From Candidatus Pacearchaeota archaeon (lineage in GTDB: Archaea > Nanobdellota > Nanobdellia > Pacearchaeales > GW2011-AR1): a stretch of 64,000 nt of DNA. Of this stretch, positions 50,067-59,169 are shown one piece after another (position 1 is the stretch's first letter; each line of letters opens with the position of its first letter). The notes beneath the pieces are model-generated. The model did no database searches, had not been told where the DNA came from, and saw nothing but the letters and a program-made list of their open reading frames with translations. Location of the stretch: contig VGKP01000001.1 of NCBI GenBank assembly GCA_016866975.1, forward strand, positions 34,013 to 98,012. Reading direction: 5' to 3'. The translations under genes and the position numbers were made by a program.

Positions 50067-51959
50067 ATGGCAAAGGAAAAAACACATTCTGATGATAATG
50101 CTGGGAAAAAAGACAAGGAAGAGAAGAAAGAAACGTATATTCCCCAGATAAAAATGCCTGCAATACCTCAAATGCCAACCAATGGAGCGCCTCTTTCTGG
50201 AAGGATGATGCCTCTGCCGCAAGGTGTGCCTGGAATGGTGCCTCAGTCGCCTCCTCCTGCTGCTATTGATTTTGAGAAGATAAAGCAGAAGCTTGAAGGA
50301 TTGAAAAAGAATATAGTAAAGAAGTATCCTTTTACAATCGCATTTGGTATATTGCCTCAACAAGCTGCGCCAATGTTTGAGGAAGATGATATGATTCCAA
50401 AAGAGATAGCACAGACAAGGCCCCTCTATGCAATTGTTTTGATTCCTGAGGAGCAATACAAAAATATTCCGAAGATAAAGCCTGAGATTATAAAGATGGT
50501 TAAGGAAACTGGGGAGAACATATGGGTTATGATAAAGACTCCAGTGGACCTATGGAACTATGGTCTTGACAGCAAGTATGAATTCCTGGACGCTGTATCT
50601 GCAATGTTTCCTCTTCATGACAATGGATTCCTTGGAGCGCTTAGGGTAGCCAATATACACAAATCCCTTGCATTAAGGAAGTTTGACAAATATGTCGCGA
50701 GTTATGTCATAGGCGGGAGTCTTATAAGAGGGACAGCAAGCAAAGATAGCGATGTGGATGTATTCATAATAATAGACGATACTGATGTCAAGAGGATGAG
50801 CAGGATAGACCTTCTTGAAAGATTAAGGAACATAATAGTGCATGATTTTATAAGAGAAGCGACTGCGCTTGCTGGAGTCAAAAATATATTGAGTGTACAA
50901 GTATGGCTCCTTACGGATTTCTGGCAAAGAGTGAAAGATGCAGAGCCTGTAGCATTCACATTTATCCGTGATGGAATTCCGTTGTATGATAGAGGGACGT
51001 TCATACCTTGGAAATTATTGTTGAAGATGGGAAGAATAAGGCCATCTTCAGAAGCGATTGAGATGTATATGAAGCAGGGAGAGCAGACAGAAGAGATAGT
51101 GAAGAGAAAACTGTTGGATGTGATGGTAGATGTATATTATGGCGTTGTGACTCCTACGCAGGCAATGGTGATGCTTGCTGGAGAAGGGCCTGAATCCCCT
51201 AAGAACATTGTTTCCCAGATAAAGCAACTTTTTGTTGAAAGAGAAAAAATGATGAGTGAAAAGGATTTGAAAACCCTTGAGAAGGCAGTACACCTTTTCA
51301 AGCAATATGAATATGGAAAGTTGAAAGAATTTTCTGGGAAGGAATTAGATGAATTCCTTAAAGAGTCACAAGAATATAATAAGATGCTTAAGGAGCTAAG
51401 GAAGAAGATAGAAAAGAACTTACAGCATAAGAGCGCACAAGAGCTGTATAATGAAGTTTTTGGACTGCTTAAGACATTCTTCGGAAACCAAAGACAGCAA
51501 GAGCTTGTAAAGAGCTTTGAAAGCCAGATGATTAAGAAAGGGAAGATATCTGGGCGATTCTCCTCAGTGATGAAAGAATTGGTAAATCTCAAGAAAAAGG
51601 TAACTTCAGGGAAGATGAACTCATTTGAGAGCGATAGGGCAAAAAAAGATGCCCTTGAATTGATTAATGCTCTCGTAGAGTATGCGCAGAGAGCCGACCT
51701 CATAAGCACGGAGAAAGGGATGGTGCAGATAACATATGCTGGGAACAGGAAGGCTGAGCTTGTACTTATGGGTAGAGTCAATTTCCTCGTGGAAGGTAAG
51801 GATATAAATAAGATTAGCGAAGGCAAATTAGTTCTTTCTACACAGGAAGAATTTGACAAAGTTCTTTCTGAGAACAAAGGGAAGCTGACGGCAAAAGTAT
51901 CTGGTGAGCTTTTCCACCTCCTTGAGAAAGAGCTTGGCAAGTTTGAACTCGAGTTCTAG
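50067..51959 (+). CDS. Large nucleotidyltransferase-domain (Pol-beta superfamily) protein with a Pro-rich N-terminus and a helical C-terminal region
   Basis: The motif GGSLIRGTASKDSDVDVFIIIDD is of the GS..DxD type. The 630 aa protein is a paralogue of 57835..58659. Confidence 0.55.
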   Translation: MAKEKTHSDDNAGKKDKEEKKETYIPQIKMPAIPQMPTNGAPLSGRMMPLPQGVPGMVPQSPPPAAIDFEKIKQKLEGLKKNIVKKYPFTIAFGILPQQAAPMFEEDDMIPKEIAQTRPLYAIVLIPEEQYKNIPKIKPEIIKMVKETGENIWVMIKTPVDLWNYGLDSKYEFLDAVSAMFPLHDNGFLGALRVANIHKSLALRKFDKYVASYVIGGSLIRGTASKDSDVDVFIIIDDTDVKRMSRIDLLERLRNIIVHDFIREATALAGVKNILSVQVWLLTDFWQRVKDAEPVAFTFIRDGIPLYDRGTFIPWKLLLKMGRIRPSSEAIEMYMKQGEQTEEIVKRKLLDVMVDVYYGVVTPTQAMVMLAGEGPESPKNIVSQIKQLFVEREKMMSEKDLKTLEKAVHLFKQYEYGKLKEFSGKELDEFLKESQEYNKMLKELRKKIEKNLQHKSAQELYNEVFGLLKTFFGNQRQQELVKSFESQMIKKGKISGRFSSVMKELVNLKKKVTSGKMNSFESDRAKKDALELINALVEYAQRADLISTEKGMVQITYAGNRKAELVLMGRVNFLVEGKDINKISEGKLVLSTQEEFDKVLSENKGKLTAKVSGELFHLLEKELGKFELEF

Positions 51960-52279
51960 ATTACGTACAAATTACATAATTAATTAGGGAAATGCGTGTC
52001 TTGTTATCTATTGATCCTGTAATTAAGCGTTGGTTTAACGCTAGCAGAATACGATTTTGAAGGAGCGCATTATAACTTTTATGGATAAAAATATTATATT
52101 GCAGCTTTCTTTTGTCAGCAAAGTGTTGAACTTTGATCATTGATTTTAAGAACTAGGCGATTTCTTTTTTTATATCTACGAGAGCGATGTTCCTTATACC
52201 GACGTGTTATCTTCGGTTCTTGCATGGTTTTTCTTTTATTCGCAGAAAGATTTAAATACCCTTATGTTTTAACTAGTGA

Positions 52280-52801
52280 ATGCAAAGAAGAGGGTTATTG
52301 ATGGAGGACAAAAAAGGTTTGAGTGAAGTTGTCTCTTCAGTATTATTAATTCTGCTTGTATTGGCAGGAGTTGCGATTATGTGGGTAGTTATAAGACAGT
52401 TTATTGTTGGAACAACAAGTCAGTTGAGTTCAAGTGCTTTGGCTGTATCCTTTACAATTTTACCTGGTGAAAAAACTTGTTATTGGACCGGTAATACTCA
52501 AACTTTGACCTTTAATGTTCGGAGAGATCAGGGAGGAGGGGAGGCGCGTGTTTCCACTCTTAAGTTTGTTTTACGAGATGGGGCTGGCAGAGAGGTAACT
52601 CAAGACTGGAGTGTTCCAGGAGGAAATTTCAAAGAGCTTGAGGCGCAAAGAGTTGATTTAACTATTTCAGGCTTGCCGCTTAGAGGTAAAATCACTTCTA
52701 TCAAAGTTCAACCTCTCCTCATTCTTCCTGATGGCACGACACAGGTAGGAATGCTTTCTGCTGAGCAACTCATTAAGGAAAGTCAGTGTCAGGCATTTTA
52801 A
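52280..52801 (+). CDS. Archaeal type IV pilin-like protein (class III signal peptide)
   Basis: KKG|LSEVVSSVLLILLVLAGVA fits a class III signal peptide. Confidence 0.45.
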   Translation: MQRRGLLMEDKKGLSEVVSSVLLILLVLAGVAIMWVVIRQFIVGTTSQLSSSALAVSFTILPGEKTCYWTGNTQTLTFNVRRDQGGGEARVSTLKFVLRDGAGREVTQDWSVPGGNFKELEAQRVDLTISGLPLRGKITSIKVQPLLILPDGTTQVGMLSAEQLIKESQCQAF

Positions 52802-52870
52802 GGAAGGTGTCTGTCCCATTTAGCCTCGGTGGGGCTAAAGGTTTAAAAAGGTGTTTTTTCTTTAAGAAAG

Positions 52871-53140
52871 ATGAAAGGTATTTTAGTACAATTCCGTCGA
52901 AGCAGGCACAGAATTCATGAGAAGCATTATCTTATAGATTTGGGATGCACTACTCGTGATGAAGCAAAGAAATATGTGGGCAAACAAGTTTCATGGAAGA
53001 GTTCTTCTGGTAAAGTAATAGTTGGCAAGATTAGTGATGCTCATGGAAATAAGGGTGTTGTCCGAGCCATATTTGAGAAAGGATTGCCTGGACAGGCAAT
53101 GACTGATGAGATTGAAGTGAGTGAAGGAGGGAAGAAGTAA
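52871..53140 (+). CDS. rpl35ae: Ribosomal protein L35Ae (eL33)
   Basis: The GKISDAHGNKGVVRAIFEKGLPGQAM pattern is present. Confidence 0.7.
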   Translation: MKGILVQFRRSRHRIHEKHYLIDLGCTTRDEAKKYVGKQVSWKSSSGKVIVGKISDAHGNKGVVRAIFEKGLPGQAMTDEIEVSEGGKK

Positions 53141-53684
53141 AATGGCTTTAAGAAAAGCACTGGCATATTCTAAGAAGAAAGCTAGACCATATACTAGAAA
53201 TTCAAGGAAAAAGGGCAAATCATACATAAAGACTATACCATTTAGCAAGATTGTAAAATTTGATTCTGGAGTTAGAAAGGACTATGAACAAGGAAAGTTC
53301 CCCTATAAAATAAGCCTAGAGGCTGAGGAGGGCGTACAGGTAAGAGATAATGCATTAGAAGCGTGCAGAATGTTGCTCACAAAGCAAATGGATGAGAATG
53401 CTTTGGGACAGTATTTCTTAATGGTTAAAGTTCATCCTCACCATTTTATTCGTGAGAATAAAAGCGCTGCTGCAGTAGCTGGAGCAGACAGAATTTCTAC
53501 CGGAATGACTCAATCGTTTGGGGTAGTAATAGGAAGAGCTGCAAGAGTCAAGCCTGGACAGGAACTCTTCTTTATATCAGCTGCAACTGAAAAAGGCGCC
53601 CAGGCAGCCAAATCTGCTCTCAACATGATAAGGTCTAAAGTGCCTTGCAAGTCAAGAGTGGTTTTCCAGAAAGCAGGGCAGTAG
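53121..53684 (+). CDS. rpl10e: Ribosomal protein L10e (uL16)
   Basis: The 187 aa protein has an N-terminal ARPYTRNSRKKGKSYIKT region and archaeo-eukaryotic L10e-like conservation. Confidence 0.65.
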   Translation: MKEGRSKMALRKALAYSKKKARPYTRNSRKKGKSYIKTIPFSKIVKFDSGVRKDYEQGKFPYKISLEAEEGVQVRDNALEACRMLLTKQMDENALGQYFLMVKVHPHHFIRENKSAAAVAGADRISTGMTQSFGVVIGRAARVKPGQELFFISAATEKGAQAAKSALNMIRSKVPCKSRVVFQKAGQ

Positions 53685-54067
53685 ATTTATTAATCGCTAT
53701 TTCTATATTTATTCAATGCATACTAAAAGAGTTATTGCTGGAGTAGCGTCAATTATTGTCGGAACTCTGTCACTTTTGCCGTCCCTTACGGGATTTGTTA
53801 CTTCTGAACAAGTATTGAGAGAAGGGATATCCCTAGTATAATTTATATTGATAATAGGGGGGATATTAATTGCCTTCACAGGTACAAGAGATGAAAGAGA
53901 AAGCCGTTTGGTAGGACTCGTCCTGGAACCCCATAAAGAACAGAGGCATCATAGTTTTGCCAGTTAATACTTGATATTTAAACCTTTGTTTTACACTCTT
54001 TTAAGGTACGACTTTATATGGAGACCTACATGTAAATCTTTATTAACCTAAATATCTTTTTGAAGAT

Positions 54068-56638
54068 ATGAAAAAAGAGGAGCAGAGGACCGACTTAGTG
54101 AAGTGGTTTTCTGAACTAAGCAATAAAGATATTGCAATTGGGGGAGGGAAAGGTGCAAGCCTTTCGGAAATGTATAACAATAAATTCCCAATACCTCCTG
54201 GGTTTATAATAACTGCACAGGCTTATTCTTACTTTATAGACAAAGCCGGTTTAAAGATAAAAATAGAAGAGGTGTTGAAAGATGTCGACAAGGAAGACAC
54301 CAAGGCTTTGGAAGAAGTTTCGAAGAAGATAAAACAACTGATAGTGTCTTCAGAGATTCCTGTTGATCTTGCAGAGGCAATAACTGAATCTTATGATGTC
54401 CTTGATGTGGATAAAAGGGGTATTGAGAATGCGCATGGAAGTGCGCTTGCTATATTGAAAAGATCACATGAACCTCCATTTGTCGCTGTAAGGAGCTCTG
54501 CAACTACTGAAGACCTTGCAGATGCTAGTTTTGCTGGACAGCAAGATTCTTTCCTTAATGTAAAAGGCAATTCAGAACTCATTCAAAAAGTCAAGAAGTG
54601 TTTTGCTTCTCTCTTCAATGCACGTGCTATATATTACAGAATGACTAAAGGATTCTCACAAACTGGAGCACAGCTTGCAGTGGTTGTGCAAAGAATGGTT
54701 GATTCAGAGAAATCTGGAGTAATGTTCTCAAAGAATCCTACAAAGAATGATGGAAGTGTTGTAATAGAGGCAGTATGGGGCTTAGGAGAGGGAATAGTAT
54801 CTGGGATGATAAAGCCAGACCACTATCAGTTGTCTGAGAAAGATGGTGAGTTTGATATAAAAGATGCTCAAGTCTCTGAAAAGAAGATAGCCATATTGAG
54901 AGATTCATCTGGAGAGAATAAAGTGATGAAGCTGACTCCTACCAAGAGCATGCACAGAGTCCTATTGGATAAGGAATTAAAATCTCTTGCGAGATATGCC
55001 CTTAAGTTAGAGGAACATTATGGCAAGCCTCAAGATATAGAATTTGCAATAACTGGGGAAGAGATATTCATTGTGCAGTCAAGGCCGATAACTACAAAGT
55101 TCCAGGAGAGGAAGAGCGACATTAAATTAGGAAAAGAACTTCTCTCTGGATTAGGAGCTTCTCCCGGAGTATCGTCTGGAGTTGTAAGGATAGTTCATTC
55201 ACTTGAAGATCTAGACAAAGTGAAGAAAGGAGATGTATTGGTCACAGAAATGACAAACCCTGACATGGTCGTATCTATGGCAAGAGCAGCTGCAATCGTG
55301 ACTGATGAAGGAGGGGTAACGAGCCATGCAGCCATTGTCTCAAGAGAAATGGGAATTCCGTGTGTTGTTGGCACCGGAAAAGCTACTTCAACACTTCATG
55401 AAGGACAGGAGATTACTGTAGATGGAAGCGCAGGAAAAGTCCATGAGGGGAAAGGAGAAGAACACTTGATAGAAGTAAGACCAATAGTCCCTACAAAGAC
55501 TAAAATAAAAGTTATAGTCGACCTTCCATTGGCAGCTGAAAGGGCTGCGTTGTCTAAGGCACAGGGAATCGGATTGTGCAGGCTCGAAGGAATAATAGCT
55601 GCTTCAGGCAAGCATCCATTCTATTATGTGCAGAAAAAAGACATGGAACCTTATTATAATACACTTCTTAAGGGCCTTGAGAATATATCTAGGCATTTTC
55701 ATGAGACCTGGATTAGAACCTCTGACCTAAGAAGTGATGAATTCAATCAACTTGAGGGCGCACCCAATGAAATTGAAGGGAACCCTATGCTTGGCGACCA
55801 TGGAGTAAGGTTCGGTGTAAAACATCTTGATATTATGGAGACTGAAGTAAAAGCAATACTTGATCTTGCAAGGAAGCATTCTGACAAGGTGTTTGGGATA
55901 ATGGTGCCTCAAGTCATAAGTGTGGAAGAATTGCAACTGACCAAGAAGATAGCAAGAGCAAACGGTCTTCCTTCTAATGTCAAAATTGGGATAATGGTTG
56001 AGACACCTGCTGCAGTACAGATAATTCATGACCTTTGCGAAGAAGGACTTGACTTCATAAGCTTTGGGACAAATGACCTAACTCAATATACCCTTGCAAT
56101 AGACAGGAACAACGCAAGTGTCCAGCACCTTTTCAATGAAATGAATCCTGCTGTTTTGTCATCAATAAAATATGTGATAAGAAAGTGCAAAAAATACGGC
56201 GTTGAGACATCTATTTGCGGCCAGGCGGGAAGCAAGGAAGAGATGGCCAAGTTCCTTGTTGGCGAGGGCATTGACAGTATATCTGTAAATGCTGATGCTG
56301 CTGAGAAAGTAAGCAAGATTGTAGCAGAGATAGAATCTCGGGCCAATACACACAATGAAGAATATGTTGAAAGCGGGAAGATAAAGAAGAATTCTGTGAG
56401 CGACCCTGAATTGTCTGAAGACCAGAAGCCTGTATCGAGAGGAGGGATAATTCCTGTTCCCGCGATAACTGCTGCACCTTTGCTATTGGAGCAGAAAGAC
56501 ATTGAGGAAGTCATACTTGAAGAACTGGATGGAAAGACAGAGCAGGAATATGAACCTGGAGAAAGCGACCCGAAGAAAGACATACCTGCATTAAATGATG
56601 CCATCCCCGTCAATAGTGAGATGCTTAACAATAAATAA
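54068..56638 (+). CDS. ppsA: Phosphoenolpyruvate synthase (pyruvate, water dikinase) with an acidic C-terminal extension
   Basis: It has an ATP-grasp N-domain, the phospho-His mobile domain GGVTSHAAIVSREMGIPCVVG and a PEP-utilising TIM barrel. Confidence 0.85.
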   Translation: MKKEEQRTDLVKWFSELSNKDIAIGGGKGASLSEMYNNKFPIPPGFIITAQAYSYFIDKAGLKIKIEEVLKDVDKEDTKALEEVSKKIKQLIVSSEIPVDLAEAITESYDVLDVDKRGIENAHGSALAILKRSHEPPFVAVRSSATTEDLADASFAGQQDSFLNVKGNSELIQKVKKCFASLFNARAIYYRMTKGFSQTGAQLAVVVQRMVDSEKSGVMFSKNPTKNDGSVVIEAVWGLGEGIVSGMIKPDHYQLSEKDGEFDIKDAQVSEKKIAILRDSSGENKVMKLTPTKSMHRVLLDKELKSLARYALKLEEHYGKPQDIEFAITGEEIFIVQSRPITTKFQERKSDIKLGKELLSGLGASPGVSSGVVRIVHSLEDLDKVKKGDVLVTEMTNPDMVVSMARAAAIVTDEGGVTSHAAIVSREMGIPCVVGTGKATSTLHEGQEITVDGSAGKVHEGKGEEHLIEVRPIVPTKTKIKVIVDLPLAAERAALSKAQGIGLCRLEGIIAASGKHPFYYVQKKDMEPYYNTLLKGLENISRHFHETWIRTSDLRSDEFNQLEGAPNEIEGNPMLGDHGVRFGVKHLDIMETEVKAILDLARKHSDKVFGIMVPQVISVEELQLTKKIARANGLPSNVKIGIMVETPAAVQIIHDLCEEGLDFISFGTNDLTQYTLAIDRNNASVQHLFNEMNPAVLSSIKYVIRKCKKYGVETSICGQAGSKEEMAKFLVGEGIDSISVNADAAEKVSKIVAEIESRANTHNEEYVESGKIKKNSVSDPELSEDQKPVSRGGIIPVPAITAAPLLLEQKDIEEVILEELDGKTEQEYEPGESDPKKDIPALNDAIPVNSEMLNNK

Positions 56639-56721
56639 TGTTTTATAAAAGATATTCTTGTTACTACTATATAGATACTACTAACCGAAAGATTTAAATA
56701 GTCGGAGTATATAGGTAGAGT

Positions 56722-57567
56722 ATGGCGAAAAGTAAATCGAAAAAACCAAAAAGTCCACCTAAACCAGGACAGGAAGAATTTGATTCTTGGAAGAATGCAT
56801 CCAATAATTATTATTCACTTGAAAATGCAGGAAAGAATCTGAAATCTGAAAACCCTGATGAGAGAGGTGCAGCTAGAGGCAATTTAGAAAGAGTACTCAA
56901 GGCTTATACTGGAATAACTTTTGGAAGGCATGACGATGAAAACCACATGTTAAAACATTATCCTGGCGCCTTAAATGATTTTTCAAGAAACTCTCTTGAA
57001 GAATTTAAAAAAAACCCTTCTGAAATTATTGACTATGCTTATTCAGATCAAAAAAATCAGAAAAAGTTTGCTAATAATTATCTAAATATTGACCCTCATT
57101 TCCTTGAAGGTAAAGATGGAAAATATGAAAGAAAAAAAATTGAACTTGGAAAGAGTGAAGATGATAAAATTATAGCTGAAACACACAGCCTATACTTCCT
57201 TTTGAATGAAGAAACTGAAAAAGTCAAATCTGCAAAGGAATTAGGAGCCACCGCCGAGTTTATCAGTAAAACTTCTCAACTCTTGGAAGGATCCTTGTTT
57301 CATCATTTTATCCTCTCTGGGTCTTCTGAAGTTGAGGCTGGTTCTCGCGCTCGATTAATTAGGGAAACCTATGATTCTTCTAACCCTAATGAAGCTTATC
57401 AGATACTCAATATTACTAAAAATCACATGAAGAATCATATGAATAGTCTTGTAAATGAATCTAATAGAGCAGAATATGCAATGAAACTTATAAAGGCTAA
57501 AGCGAATAAGAATGACCTTATAAATATCGGTCAAGCATCCCAAGATCTCTATAAGGCGCTGAAATAA
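56722..57567 (+). CDS. Hypothetical protein
   Basis: The 281 aa ORF is lysine-rich at its N-terminus. Confidence 0.3.
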   Translation: MAKSKSKKPKSPPKPGQEEFDSWKNASNNYYSLENAGKNLKSENPDERGAARGNLERVLKAYTGITFGRHDDENHMLKHYPGALNDFSRNSLEEFKKNPSEIIDYAYSDQKNQKKFANNYLNIDPHFLEGKDGKYERKKIELGKSEDDKIIAETHSLYFLLNEETEKVKSAKELGATAEFISKTSQLLEGSLFHHFILSGSSEVEAGSRARLIRETYDSSNPNEAYQILNITKNHMKNHMNSLVNESNRAEYAMKLIKAKANKNDLINIGQASQDLYKALK

Positions 57568-57661
57568 GGGTCTTTGATAAGCCTCGTGTTTTTCTGAAAT
57601 AATCTGAATTAAGACGTGGAACGTGAGCAAAGTGGTTTTATCTGTCTTAAGAGCTATTATC

Positions 57662-57780
57662 AAAAAAACGATGCGCCACTGCGGCTTAAAAGCCGCAGTT
57701 TGATGCAGGCGCTCGTTTTTTGGATGCTCAAGGAACAACTCCAGCTTAAAAGCTGGAGTTTTAGTCAAGTTCCTTGACAT
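57662..57780 (-). repeat. Double-hairpin repeat element, copy D (reverse orientation)
   Basis: It is near-identical to copy C but with ttaaaa loops. It lies 55 bp downstream of the stop of the minus-strand gene 57835..58659. Confidence 0.8.
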
Positions 57781-57793
57781 AAAATATAAGGAT

Positions 57794-57830
57794 CTCTTTA
57801 GGTAAAGGTTAAAACCCGAAGTGTTTTGTG
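57794..57830. terminator. Hairpin motif related to 42624..42664, lying between convergent genes
   Basis: The sequence ctctttaggtaaaggttaaaacccgaagtgttttgtg is about 85% identical to the thermosome 3' motif. Confidence 0.35.
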
Positions 57831-57834
57831 AATT

Positions 57835-58659
57835 TTATTTTTTCTGCTCGTAGAGCTTGTCGATGATATTAGCCATATCTTTCATGAATTTCTCTGCTAT
57901 GGCTTGCCATTTATCGATATCCGCGCCTTTTATCTCCGAGATTTCCTGATGAAGGATTCCTTTGTGGATAGCATAAAGGTCGCGCATTGATTTAACTGCA
58001 TCCATGCTCAGCATTCCTTTATCCACGAAGAACTCTTTTAACATCAGAGGTATCTGCTCTGGAGAAGGAGGTATCTTGCCCGCCATCATAAGCGCGGCTT
58101 GTGCAGAGTCTGTCATGCACCAGTATATGCCTTCTATGGCGCTCATCTCGGATGCTTTGCTTCTTGAGAGATGGTCGGGAGCCCTCTGGAGGGCAGCATA
58201 TATCGCTTCTGGAGTAGAATGTATCTTCCCCTTTAGAAGAAGGGCTTTGAGAGGAGTGAAGAATCCTCCAACATCTATAAGTGCCTCTCCGTACCTAAGT
58301 ATATTTATCACTACGGGGTCGCCATACATAAGATCCTGCCACCATGTAGTCAACTTTACTGTATTGATATGCAGATTTGCGCTCTGAGGATTTGTTTCTA
58401 TAATTTTTGCAAGCTCTTCCCTATACCAGGATATTAACTCAAGATCCCAGCTTATCGAAGCGTCGTCTATTATTAATATAATATCTATGTCAGATCCTGG
58501 CTGAGGGGTATTCTTGGCATGAGAACCGAACAATATAGATGCTTTTACTATCCTATCAAATTTTTCATGGACCTTTATAGCAAATTCCCTTGCCAAGTTC
58601 TTCGCATCATTTAGCTTGCGCGTAGGACTGGGGGACGATTTCCTCTTTTTCCTCTCCAT
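57835..58659 (-). CDS. Nucleotidyltransferase-domain protein, a paralogue of the C-terminal two-thirds of 50067..51959
   Basis: The motif FGSHAKNTPQPGSDIDIILIIDD is present. A shared helical region (TPTQAMVMLAGEGPESP versus DSAQAALMMAGKIPPSP) links the two proteins. Confidence 0.55.
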   Translation of the reverse strand: MERKKRKSSPSPTRKLNDAKNLAREFAIKVHEKFDRIVKASILFGSHAKNTPQPGSDIDIILIIDDASISWDLELISWYREELAKIIETNPQSANLHINTVKLTTWWQDLMYGDPVVINILRYGEALIDVGGFFTPLKALLLKGKIHSTPEAIYAALQRAPDHLSRSKASEMSAIEGIYWCMTDSAQAALMMAGKIPPSPEQIPLMLKEFFVDKGMLSMDAVKSMRDLYAIHKGILHQEISEIKGADIDKWQAIAEKFMKDMANIIDKLYEQKK

Positions 58660-58728
58660 ATTCTAATCAAGAGACTCTTGTTTTTAAACTTTGGGATTTG
58701 AATTAGTAGACATCGACTTAATAAATGC

Positions 58729-59157
58729 CTATAAAATAGAACCTTCCTTTGTCTTCCTTTTCTTTTTATAATCGTCAAATGAAGCAAATCCATGTTTCCG
58801 CGCCCAATCTTCTCGATAAGCCTGAGCCGAAACATGATTATGCCTCTTTGCCCAATTATCATAATAAGAGCTGAGTGATTTCTCACCTCTACTTAAAGCT
58901 AGTTTCTCAAGATATTCAGTAGTTGTTTCGCAGCCTCTTCTTCGGGCAATATCGAGAGCATATCCCTTTCTGCCACTTAATCCTCTTCTTTGGGCAATAT
59001 GATCGTAATAATCCCTAGGATTTTCAGCATGAATGCAAGCTAAAACAGTGGTCCTACTGAGATTTACTATTCCGGCAATATCTCTGATACTATTATTCTC
59101 CATACGAAGTGCGCGAATATGTTCAATATCTCCTGAAGTCACTTTCGATCTTTTCAT
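58729..59157 (-). CDS. HTH DNA-binding protein
   Basis: It has an N-terminal helix-turn-helix (IRDIAGIVNLSRTTV) and internally repeated basic segments. Confidence 0.4.
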   Translation of the reverse strand: MKRSKVTSGDIEHIRALRMENNSIRDIAGIVNLSRTTVLACIHAENPRDYYDHIAQRRGLSGRKGYALDIARRRGCETTTEYLEKLALSRGEKSLSSYYDNWAKRHNHVSAQAYREDWARKHGFASFDDYKKKRKTKEGSIL

Positions 59158-59169
59158 GCTGAATAGAAT

